Of a DNA stretch of 64,000 bases, positions 35,907 to 44,046 are shown in pieces. The position numbers and the translations under genes were made by a program. A model generated the notes under the pieces. That model saw only the letters and a list, made by a program, of their open reading frames with translations. It was not told the DNA's origin and searched no databases. This stretch comes from Candidatus Curtissbacteria bacterium RIFCSPHIGHO2_12_FULL_41_17. GTDB taxonomy: Bacteria > Patescibacteriota > Microgenomatia > Curtissbacterales > GWA2-41-24. The DNA is taken from NCBI GenBank assembly GCA_001774945.1, contig MFBL01000015.1, forward strand, positions 529 to 64,528, in the 5' to 3' direction. Positions within the stretch are counted from its first letter, which is position 1; the number at the start of each line of letters is the position of its first letter.

Positions 35907-36117
35907 GCCGGAGTTTACACTGAGCTTGTCGAAGTGCGCATTCCCGCTGGTAATGTGCTCAGCCTTGCGGTCCTCGTCCTTCGTTAAACTCAGGACTGCG
36001 GGCCTAAAAGCTTTCGCCCACTTCCGCTGGTAGCGAAATGTGGTTTGCCGCCTTGCGATAGCTCCGCACTACGCGCGTAGTAGCTATCTAAAGGCGTTTG
36101 CACATTTCCGGTGGTAA
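35907..36117 (+). repeat. array of displaced rpsG 3'-end copies separated by GC-rich palindromic inserts
   Basis: KAFAHFRW-stop is re-encoded at 36007-36033 and 36091-36117 with synonymous differences only. A degenerate copy (AHSRW-stop) lies at 35936-35953. Confidence 0.85.
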
Positions 36118-36122
36118 TTTCC

Positions 36123-37067
36123 CTACAACGAGAATAAATCTAGCACTTGCTTTTTTCCTGTCATGGCTAAATCAAATATCTTTTCCCGATCTTGGGAAAT
36201 TCTTGAGATGGGCATCTCGGAAGGAGCAATAATCCCAATATTTATTGAATCTCCATGCAATCCAATTAGCTCTGCCGCTCGCGAATATTGTTTATGTCTT
36301 GCTAACATAGCAGTTCTAAATTCGGAGGAAAACTTACGCATATATACACTTGTAAGTAAACGTTCTAATAAACTGGCCCCATTTGCTCGCTCGCCTACAG
36401 TATTATTCAAAACCACCAATATATCTGTACACCCTTCCTGTATTGCTAAATCGATTGGAATACCATTCCCTATAGAACCATCACTGTACTTTTTTCCATT
36501 AATACTTATGGTACGGTTATAAACAATAGGAAATGCCGAGGAAGCGATGACTACTTTGACAATATCACACTCCTCTTTCACATCTATAAACTCACTTTTG
36601 CCCGTTTGGGCATCCGTAACGACAATAAAAAAACTCGAACGGGATGACCTAATTGTTTCCTGATCAAGCGGTTTTGTCTTTCGCATTATGTGTTCAGCAT
36701 AATCAAGGTCTAAAACACGCCTTAGACGCCTAACATCGATGAATCTTCTGTCCACTAAATCTTCATGCCAAAGCGAAGCTCCTAACTCTGTCTGTTTAGC
36801 AAGAAAATAAGCAAGGTCAGCAGCCCCAGACGAAACACCGACAACAACATCAAAAGTGTCATGGAAACCCAATTGTTCTAGGCCAACAAGTACTCCGGCA
36901 CCAAATGCTCCACGCACCCCACCGCCACCCATTACTAATGCGGTTTTAATCCTCTCGTGTGTATTGTCACCTTGATCAAGCAGTCTCTTTTTCTCAAGTA
37001 AATTTCTCACGAGCGTTGAATTTCTCGCTGATTCACCTTCTAAAACTTTGGAGCGTAATCTTTCCAT
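36123..37067 (-). CDS. patatin-like phospholipase
   Basis: Oxyanion motif GGGGVRGAFGAGVL, nucleophile elbow GVSSGA (GxSxG), and the catalytic Asp context DGSIGNGIP. Confidence 0.85.
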   Translation of the reverse strand: MERLRSKVLEGESARNSTLVRNLLEKKRLLDQGDNTHERIKTALVMGGGGVRGAFGAGVLVGLEQLGFHDTFDVVVGVSSGAADLAYFLAKQTELGASLWHEDLVDRRFIDVRRLRRVLDLDYAEHIMRKTKPLDQETIRSSRSSFFIVVTDAQTGKSEFIDVKEECDIVKVVIASSAFPIVYNRTISINGKKYSDGSIGNGIPIDLAIQEGCTDILVVLNNTVGERANGASLLERLLTSVYMRKFSSEFRTAMLARHKQYSRAAELIGLHGDSINIGIIAPSEMPISRISQDREKIFDLAMTGKKQVLDLFSL

Positions 37068-37287
37068 GGCTAAAATTGTAGCAAAAATAGTTCTTTAAGA
37101 GAAAAATCTTCTCTCTTGCATACTCATTTAACTTAAGATATAATTCCCGACTAGTTTGTACTTATCTGCCGGTCTTCGACCCTGAGGGCTCAGACCCGAA
37201 TGGGCAGGCAGGCGCCTGTCAAACGCCTAATTTAGCTTCCGCCTGGCTAAATCCAAAGAAGAATTTTTATATTTGGGAAATGATATA

Positions 37288-37316
37288 TTGACTTTTGGCA
37301 GGGTTTTATTGATAAA
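37288..37316 (+). promoter_or_regulatory. candidate promoter TTGACT-17-GATAAA
   Basis: TTGACT at 37288-37293, a 17-nt spacer, and GATAAA at 37311-37316, upstream of the ORF at 37328. Confidence 0.3.
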
Positions 37317-37327
37317 AGAGTAAGATC

Positions 37328-37606
37328 ATGAAAATAATTTCATTATCAAAGGCACAAAAACTGAAAAGCCTTAGAAAAAAACTCACGGAGCTTGAGGAAG
37401 TTAAGCTAAAAGAGGCTTTGGCTAAGTATGGGGAAGCCTACCAGGAGTCAGGAGCGGCCTGGCAGGAAAATGCCGCCTGGGAGCTGGCAGACGAAGAAGT
37501 GTCGGTTATTCGGGCAATGATTTCGGAAATAAAAAGAGAAATCACCGGTTTGGAACATCCTCTTCCTACTACTTCCATCCCGCTCACTATTAAAAAACAA
37601 AAATAA
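37328..37606 (+). CDS. small coiled-coil protein (hypothetical)
   Basis: 92-aa ORF of helical, charged sequence. No family recognised. Confidence 0.45.
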   Translation: MKIISLSKAQKLKSLRKKLTELEEVKLKEALAKYGEAYQESGAAWQENAAWELADEEVSVIRAMISEIKREITGLEHPLPTTSIPLTIKKQK

Positions 37607-37642
37607 TCCAAATTAGAAAAATATATGACGCAAACTGCTGAT

Positions 37643-37791
37643 CAATTTATTTTCGCTTCGCGAAAACCGTGGATTATTAATCCTCGGATGAAGCGAAGGG
37701 AAAACATACTTCCAAGGAAGTTTGGAGCCTAGACCAAAGACGAATGATATGATAGGTGAAAACCGAGGGTTCTTAACTCTCGGAAGTTTAT
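37643..37791 (+). repeat. ~150-nt multi-hairpin intergenic repeat, diverged copy C
   Basis: Collinear with copy B, with the same stem positions but different stem sequences (TTCGCTTC/GAAGCGAA, CCGTGGATT/AATCCTCGG, ACTTCC/GGAAGT, CCGAGGGTT/AACTCTCGG). The terminal CGGAAGTTTAT is identical. Confidence 0.7.
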
Positions 37792-37833
37792 TTTGCAACA
37801 CAAAAAGACATATTTAGCTTGGAGGAAAAAATA

Positions 37834-39975
37834 ATGGCCGAAAAACAAGCCAGACTTTATTCGCTGGACAGAATAAGAAATATAGGCATCATTGCTCATA
37901 TCGACGCGGGAAAAACGACCACTACCGAGAGAATCCTTTTTTACACAGGTAGGACCTATAAACTCGGAAATATCGATGAAGGCACCACCGTTACCGACTG
38001 GATGGCTCAGGAAAAAGAAAGGGGAATTACGATTGTATCGGCTGCCGTAACAACATTTTGGAAACCCAAAGATGGCCCGTTTGCCAACATTGACACACGT
38101 ATAAACATTATTGACACCCCGGGGCATGTCGATTTTACTGCCGAGGTTGAAAGATCACTGCGTGTTCTAGATGGAGGAGTCACCGTTCTTGATGCAGAAG
38201 AGGGGGTCCAGTCACAATCGGAAACAGTCTGGCGCCAAGCCGACAAATATAAAGTTCCCCGTATTTGTTTCGTTAATAAGATGGATAAAATCGGCGCAGA
38301 TTTTTTCGCAACGCTCTCCTCGATCCGCAAAAAATTACAGGCACCGGCAGTTGCCTACAATTTACCAATCGGCAAGGAAAATGATTTTAAGGGAGTTATC
38401 GATTTACTAACACAAAAGGCCTATATTTGGGAAGAAGAGGCTGTCAAAAAAGGAGGAATGGATTTTGTCAAGGTACCCATCCCAAGTGAATTGCTTGCTG
38501 AAACCGAAAAACATAGAGCCCACTTAATTGAAAAAATTGCAGAATGTGACGATAGTCTTGTGGAAAAATACCTTAAGGGTGAAGAATTGGGAATAGACGA
38601 ACTTAAATCAGCACTTCGACGTGCAGTCATCGAATATAAAATAGTTCCCGTGCTTGCAGGTTCCAGTCTACGCAATAAAGGTGTTCAAATGCTTCTTGAC
38701 GCAACTGTAGAATACTTACCTTCTCCTTTAGATATAGAAACGGTAGAGGGTATTAATCCTAAAACAGGTGAGAAGGAGATCCGCAAACAAGTAGTCGAAG
38801 CTCCATTTTGTGCCTTGGCATTTAAAGTCCAGATCGATCCGCATGTCGGTAAATTAAATTTCATCAGAATTTATTCGGGAACACTAAAATCCGGTACTTC
38901 TGTTTTGAATACGACAAAAAGGGAACATGAAAGAGTCGGCAGAATTTTACTAATGCATGCCAATACCAGAGAAGAGATTGCCGAAGCATACGCAGGAGAA
39001 ATTGTGGCAGTTGTCGGACTTAAATCAACCACCACAGGAGACACGCTCTGCGCTGAAAATTCTCCGATTATTTTAGAATCGATTTCGTTTCCGGACCCGG
39101 TCATTTCACTGGCAATTGAGCCAAGTACAAAGGCTGATCAGGAGAAACTTGGTTACGCTTTGGGCCGGCTTTCCGAGGAAGATCCGACGTTTAAGATTAA
39201 AGGTGATCCGGAAACCGGGCAAACAATTATTTCCGGAATGGGAGAACTGCATCTGGAAATCCTGGTTGACAGAATGAAGAGAGAGTTTGCAGTCGCTGCC
39301 AAAGTCGGCAGTCCGCAAGTTGCTTACAAGGAAACCATTAGAGAAACAGGCAGAGGTGAAGGTAAATATATTCGGCAGTCCGGTGGCAGAGGCCAATACG
39401 GGCACTGTTTTTTGAGGGTTGAGCCTAATCCTCGCGGTGAGGGTTATCAATTCGTTTCCGAGATTAGAGGTGGCGCTATTCCGCAAGAGTTTATTTCCTC
39501 AGTAGAAAAAGGAGTTCGCGAAAAAATGGAAACCGGGGTTTTAGCTGGATATCCGATGGTCGATATAAAGGTAGCAGTTTATGATGGTACTTATCATGAC
39601 GTTGACTCTTCCGATATTGCTTTTAAAATCGCCGGCTCTCTTGCTTTGGAAGAAGCCGTCAAAAATGCCAGTCTTGCGCTTTTGGAACCGATCATGAAAG
39701 TGGAAGTGACCATTCCCGAAGAATTCATGGGTGATGTAATTGGGGATTTATCTGCCAAGCGTGCTCAAATACTTTCAAGCGAACATCGGGCAAACAGCGT
39801 GATTATTACAGCCCTTGTGCCGCTTGCAGAGATGTCCGGCTATGTTACAACTCTTAGGTCTATGACTCAAGGGAGAGGATCAGCATATATGGAACCGTCA
39901 CATTACGAAGAAGTTCCCCAGAGTATAGCAGACAAAATCGTAGCAAGGGCCAAAGGTGAGGTAAAAGAAAGTTAG
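37834..39975 (+). CDS. fusA: elongation factor G
   Basis: [40 protein letters not shown]. The ATG at 37834 is preceded by GGAGG. The ORF-track TTG at 37819 would include the SD. Confidence 0.95.
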   Translation: MAEKQARLYSLDRIRNIGIIAHIDAGKTTTTERILFYTGRTYKLGNIDEGTTVTDWMAQEKERGITIVSAAVTTFWKPKDGPFANIDTRINIIDTPGHVDFTAEVERSLRVLDGGVTVLDAEEGVQSQSETVWRQADKYKVPRICFVNKMDKIGADFFATLSSIRKKLQAPAVAYNLPIGKENDFKGVIDLLTQKAYIWEEEAVKKGGMDFVKVPIPSELLAETEKHRAHLIEKIAECDDSLVEKYLKGEELGIDELKSALRRAVIEYKIVPVLAGSSLRNKGVQMLLDATVEYLPSPLDIETVEGINPKTGEKEIRKQVVEAPFCALAFKVQIDPHVGKLNFIRIYSGTLKSGTSVLNTTKREHERVGRILLMHANTREEIAEAYAGEIVAVVGLKSTTTGDTLCAENSPIILESISFPDPVISLAIEPSTKADQEKLGYALGRLSEEDPTFKIKGDPETGQTIISGMGELHLEILVDRMKREFAVAAKVGSPQVAYKETIRETGRGEGKYIRQSGGRGQYGHCFLRVEPNPRGEGYQFVSEIRGGAIPQEFISSVEKGVREKMETGVLAGYPMVDIKVAVYDGTYHDVDSSDIAFKIAGSLALEEAVKNASLALLEPIMKVEVTIPEEFMGDVIGDLSAKRAQILSSEHRANSVIITALVPLAEMSGYVTTLRSMTQGRGSAYMEPSHYEEVPQSIADKIVARAKGEVKES

Positions 39976-40024
39976 TAAAGAGTTTACCATGAACGAAGTC
40001 GCGTCAGACGCGACGAAGTGAAGG

Positions 40025-40072
40025 GCCGATAAAATAGTCGCAAAGGTTAAGGGTGAAACTAACCAAAGCTGA
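40025..40072 (+). repeat. displaced second copy of the fusA 3' end
   Basis: Encodes ADKIVAKVKGETNQS-stop, compared with the genuine end [15 protein letters not shown]-stop at 39928-39975. Confidence 0.8.
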
Positions 40073-40089
40073 CAATGTGATTTAGTCAA

Positions 40090-40150
40090 TGCAAGAAGTA
40101 TTAGAAGCTTTTGGTACCTGTGGTACTTTTAAATCTTCCTCTTGCATTTT
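40090..40150 (+). terminator. candidate intrinsic terminator after fusA
   Basis: A long imperfect hairpin TGCAAGA...(GTACC-TGT-GGTAC)...TCTTGCA, followed by TTTT. Confidence 0.35.
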
Positions 40151-40231
40151 GTTGTCAGAATAATATAAACTATTCCAACTAATATCAGCCTGTCAGGTTT
40201 TAACTTGGCAAAAAGCCTGATATTATTTTTA

Positions 40232-40320
40232 CCCAAATTTCAAAGAAATTTGGAGAGGAAAAATTTGAGTGCGTTTAATGTTCTCAATAGAACATGAATA
40301 GCACGAGCAATTTTGACGAC
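40232..40320 (+). repeat. conserved structured 5' leader element, copy 2 (tuf)
   Basis: See 14566-14657. An SD-like GGAGAGG is followed by a short uORF whose TGA overlaps an in-frame ATG at 40294. Confidence 0.8.
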
Positions 40321-41505
40321 ATGGCAGCAGAAAAATTTGAACGAACAAAACCACACGTAAATATTGGCACGATTGGCCATGTTGATCATGGTAAAACTAC
40401 GCTGACCAGTGCTATTACTCAGGTCCTATCCAAAAAAGGTCTGGCTCAGGCGAAATCCTTTGATCAGATAGATAATGCCCCGGAAGAGAAACAAAGAGGA
40501 ATTACTATTAATATTACTCATGTGGAGTACGAAACGGAAAAGCGTCACTATGCCCACATTGATGCCCCCGGCCATGCCGACTACATCAAAAACATGATTA
40601 CAGGTGCCGCCCAAATGGACGGTGCAATTCTGGTTGTAAGCGCTCCGGACGGGCCGATGCCGCAGACGAGAGAGCATGTTCTTTTGGCCAGACAGGTAAA
40701 CGTTCCGGCAATCGTAGTTTTTCTAAACAAAACGGATATGGTTCAGGATGCAGAACTTTTGGATCTTGTGGAACTTGAGGTGCGCGAACTTCTGGATAAA
40801 TATCAGTTTGATGGAAAAAATGCGACAATCATTCGCGGTTCGGCACTTAAAGCGATTGAAGGAGATGCACAAGCCGTTAAAGCGATTGAAGACTTAATGG
40901 CCGCAGTTGATGAAAAAATCCCCACTCCCGCAAGGGATTTAGACAAACCTTTCCTGATGCCGGTTGAAGATGTCTTTTCCATAAAAGGCCGAGGGACTGT
41001 TGTTACAGGCAGAGTTGAACGGGGCGTTATAAAAGTCAATGAGGAGATCGAAATTGTCGGAATTAGACCTACAAAAAAAACTATTGTAACAGGAGTAGAA
41101 ATGTTTAGAAAAGAGCTAGACCAGGGACAAGCCGGTGACAATATCGGCGTACTACTTCGAGGGATTGAAAAAGATGACGTTGAAAGAGGGCAGGTTTTGG
41201 CAAAGCCCGGCTCGACAACACCGCATACCGAATTCGAGGCAGAGGTGTATATCCTAACTAAAGAAGAAGGCGGACGACACACCCCCTTCTTTACCGGTTA
41301 TAGACCCCAGTTTTATATAAGAACGACCGATGTTACCGGAGAAGCAACTCTTCCCGAAGGAACAGAAATGGTTATGCCGGGAGACAATATTAAAATGAAA
41401 GTTAAACTTATCGAGCCGGTTGCTATGGAAGAAGGACTTAGATTTGCCATCCGCGAGGGTGGCCACACAGTAGGCGCCGGCGTAGTCAGCAAGATAATTG
41501 CGTAA
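40321..41505 (+). CDS. tuf: elongation factor Tu
   Basis: [41 protein letters not shown]. The start is placed at the canonical EF-Tu N-terminus. The alternative ATG at 40294 would add MNSTSNFDD. Confidence 0.95.
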   Translation: MAAEKFERTKPHVNIGTIGHVDHGKTTLTSAITQVLSKKGLAQAKSFDQIDNAPEEKQRGITINITHVEYETEKRHYAHIDAPGHADYIKNMITGAAQMDGAILVVSAPDGPMPQTREHVLLARQVNVPAIVVFLNKTDMVQDAELLDLVELEVRELLDKYQFDGKNATIIRGSALKAIEGDAQAVKAIEDLMAAVDEKIPTPARDLDKPFLMPVEDVFSIKGRGTVVTGRVERGVIKVNEEIEIVGIRPTKKTIVTGVEMFRKELDQGQAGDNIGVLLRGIEKDDVERGQVLAKPGSTTPHTEFEAEVYILTKEEGGRHTPFFTGYRPQFYIRTTDVTGEATLPEGTEMVMPGDNIKMKVKLIEPVAMEEGLRFAIREGGHTVGAGVVSKIIA

Positions 41506-41545
41506 GAGATTTGGGTCTCCTCAGAGCTTGCCAGAAGGCCGTAGG

Positions 41546-41576
41546 CCCTGAGCTTGCGAAGGGGGGATTTTTTTTG
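41546..41576 (+). terminator. candidate intrinsic terminator after tuf, built from a CCTGAGC..CGAAGGGG repeat
   Basis: CCCT..AGGGG stem followed by a T8 run (GGGGGGATTTTTTTT). Confidence 0.35.
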
Positions 41577-41936
41577 CTAGAATACCTTACTTTTGTCATT
41601 CTCGCGAAAGCGAGAATCCAGATTCTCAGTCAAGTCTTCGACCGTGAGTCCCAAAGAGACTCCGCTCAGACCGAATCGGCTGAGAATGACATGAGGGGGT
41701 CTTGGCGAAGGATTGTTCGAGCGAAGTCGAGAACTATTAAAGTATGTCAATAATAAGATTTTACTTCAAGCCTAACCGCTTAAGAATCTAACTTCTCAAC
41801 TCGACAATTCCGCTCGAAGATTATCAATTGCTGTCCGAAAGGAATTGTGATTTTGAATTTTGCCTGCCTGCCGGCAGGCAGGCACTTTAAATTTTACTTC
41901 TTGCGAAGCAAAACCTCGTAAGATCATTAAACGTCA

Positions 41937-42245
41937 ATGCCAAAAGGAAGAATCAGAGTCAAAATTAAAGCATATGATGCACGGGTAATCGATGCGGCCT
42001 GTCGTGACATAATCAATACCGCGCTTTCAACAGGCGCGAAGATTTCCGGTCCAATACCGCTACCGACCAAGATTGAAAGATTTATAGTCCTTACCAGTCC
42101 GCACACCGATAAAGACGCCCGTGAACAGTTTGAAATGAGAATTCATAAGCGTCTGATAGACATAATCGAACCAACGAATAAGACAATTGATAGTTTGACT
42201 CATTTGGACTTACCTGCCGGTGTGGATATAGAACTCAAGATGTAG
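41937..42245 (+). CDS. rpsJ: 30S ribosomal protein S10
   Basis: [40 protein letters not shown]...[12 protein letters not shown]. Confidence 0.95.
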   Translation: MPKGRIRVKIKAYDARVIDAACRDIINTALSTGAKISGPIPLPTKIERFIVLTSPHTDKDAREQFEMRIHKRLIDIIEPTNKTIDSLTHLDLPAGVDIELKM

Positions 42246-42253
42246 GTTAATTT

Positions 42254-42289
42254 CTAATTGTCCTAATTAACCTAATTGACCTAAATAAT
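42254..42289 (+). repeat. 9-bp tandem array (CTAATTNNC x4) after rpsJ
   Basis: CTAATTGTC CTAATTAAC CTAATTGAC CTAAATAAT. Confidence 0.7.
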
Positions 42290-42497
42290 TTAAAATTAGG
42301 AAATTGGGATTTGTTTAGAAATTATAAATTGTCAAAATGGAGGTATTAAAAACTAACAACTAAATATACAATTTAACGATTAACCACAAGCGATTTGCGT
42401 TAATCGGTGGGACACCTGAAAATCCTGAGCTCGTCGAAGGAATAATTTTAAGGTATCCTACTTTTTTAGTATTTATTTGGTGAATGAAGGAGTAAAG

Positions 42498-43310
42498 ATG
42501 ATAAATAGCCTAATGGGTTTAAAACTGAATATGACAGCAAGATTTGATAAGTGGGAACATCGTGTTCCGGTTACTTTAATCAAAGCTGATCCTAACGTCA
42601 TTCTGTCGCAAAAAGATGGAAAGGTTGAGCTCGGCTTCGGTCGAAGAAAGAAGGTAAAAAAAACCCAGAATGCGCATGTTTCGGTTGCCGGGTTTGCTCC
42701 GAGATTTATTAAAGAAGTGACAACTGGCGAATCCAATTTTGCTTCCGGAGACAAAGTTACAGTTTCAGTTTTTGAGCCGGGAGATTTAGTTAAAGTCACC
42801 GGGATCACCAAAGGTAAAGGTTTTGCCGGTGGTGTTAAGAGATGGGGTTTTGCTGGAGGACCCAAAACCCACGGTCAGTCCGACCGCCATCGTGCGCCAG
42901 GTTCCATCGGCCAAACAACAACACCGGGCAGAGTTTTTAAAGGTAAAAAAATGGCCGGTCACTTGGGTGCTTCAAAAAAAACAATAAATAATTTGGAAGT
43001 CCTTGAAGTAGACAGTGAGAACAACTTATTAGTCATCAAAGGTTCCGTGCCTGGTGCCAGAATGGGGCTTTTGCTAATCACCAAAACTGGTAAGGCAAAA
43101 GCCGTGCCTGCCGGCCCGCCTCGCGAGGCGAGCAGACAGGGATACACGCTGCCACCTTCACCAAAAGAAGATGAAAAGCAAGATAGACAAACAACAAAAA
43201 AAGAAACAAGCAAGCAAGATGAGAACCAGCAAGTAACCACAAAAGAAAATCGAAAAGGTGATAGAAAATCAGAGGAAAAGGAGAAAGAAAATGCCACAGA
43301 AAATCAGTAA
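42498..43310 (+). CDS. rplC: 50S ribosomal protein L3 with ~60-aa K/E/Q-rich C-terminal extension
   Basis: MINSLMGLKLNMT..., GITKGKGFAGGVKRWGF.GGPKTHGQSDRHRAPGSIG. The ATG at 42498 is preceded by AAGGAG. Confidence 0.92.
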   Translation: MINSLMGLKLNMTARFDKWEHRVPVTLIKADPNVILSQKDGKVELGFGRRKKVKKTQNAHVSVAGFAPRFIKEVTTGESNFASGDKVTVSVFEPGDLVKVTGITKGKGFAGGVKRWGFAGGPKTHGQSDRHRAPGSIGQTTTPGRVFKGKKMAGHLGASKKTINNLEVLEVDSENNLLVIKGSVPGARMGLLLITKTGKAKAVPAGPPREASRQGYTLPPSPKEDEKQDRQTTKKETSKQDENQQVTTKENRKGDRKSEEKEKENATENQ

Positions 43311-44046
43311 AAAGATACGCCAAAAAATATCAATTAAAAAGACACAAATAAGTCAAGAAATGCATTCAAAAAAAATAGAAAGTAACAAAATAACCAAACC
43401 AATTTCTAAAAAATTAACACAGAAAGTTAAGGTAACGACCAACTTTCCCGTTTTTGATATTAATGGTGCAAAACAAGGTGTAATAAATTTACCGAAAGAA
43501 ATTTTTGGACAAGAGCCCAATAAATTATTACTGGCACAAGCAGTAAGGGTTTATCTGGCGAATATGTCAACCCATAAATCATCGACTAAAACTCGTGCAG
43601 AAGTTCGTGGTGGAGGGACTAAACCCTGGCGGCAAAAAGGAACAGGTAGGGCAAGGGCCGGATCTATCAGATCACCACTTTGGGTTGGTGGAGGTGTAGT
43701 TTTTGGACCAAAACCTAGAAATACCAAGCTAATACTTTCTAAAAAAATGAAGAAAAGGGCCCTAATAAGCGCCCTTTCTTTTAAAAACGCCGACGGCGCA
43801 GTCAAGGTAATTTCAAATTTTGAAAAGTTGGAACCAAAAACAAAGCAGGCGCAGCAACTTCTTAACAAACTCGAAATTCATGGCAGAACATTAATAATCC
43901 TGGAAGATACAAAACCGAATGTAAAGCTTGCAACCAGAAATATTCCCGGCCTTTCTGTCGATTTGACGGCAAACCTCAATGCTTATGAAGTTCTAGCCCA
44001 CAATAATTTACTCTTTTCTAAAAGTGCAATCGAGGACATAAAATGA
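43291..44046 (+). CDS. rplD: 50S ribosomal protein L4 with lysine-rich N-terminal extension
   Basis: [43 protein letters not shown]. The ATG at 43291 is preceded by AAGGAG and overlaps the rplC tail. The exact start is uncertain. Confidence 0.88.
   Translation: MPQKISKKIRQKISIKKTQISQEMHSKKIESNKITKPISKKLTQKVKVTTNFPVFDINGAKQGVINLPKEIFGQEPNKLLLAQAVRVYLANMSTHKSSTKTRAEVRGGGTKPWRQKGTGRARAGSIRSPLWVGGGVVFGPKPRNTKLILSKKMKKRALISALSFKNADGAVKVISNFEKLEPKTKQAQQLLNKLEIHGRTLIILEDTKPNVKLATRNIPGLSVDLTANLNAYEVLAHNNLLFSKSAIEDIK

Noticed and set aside
41505-41580. Possible displaced tuf 3' end (GGGGATTTTTTTTGCTAG versus AAGATAATTGCGTAA)
   Set aside because: The similarity is confined to a T-run that is better explained as the U-tract of an intrinsic terminator. 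It is not convincing as a re-encoded C-terminus.
41511-41753. 80-aa ORF in the tuf-rpsJ spacer
   Set aside because: It is translated entirely from palindromic repeat modules (..PELAKGGFF.., ..VILAKARIQ..). This is the typical spurious peptide pattern of such repeats, and there is no SD.
42330-42470. Possible displaced rpsJ ends (ATGGAGGTATTAAAAACTAACAACTAA, and GGAATAATTTTAAGGTAT after the CCTGAGCTCGTCGAAGG hairpin)
   Set aside because: Only 2-3 codons can be aligned with ..VDIELKM-stop. This is too weak to claim without statistics, so it is left as a note.
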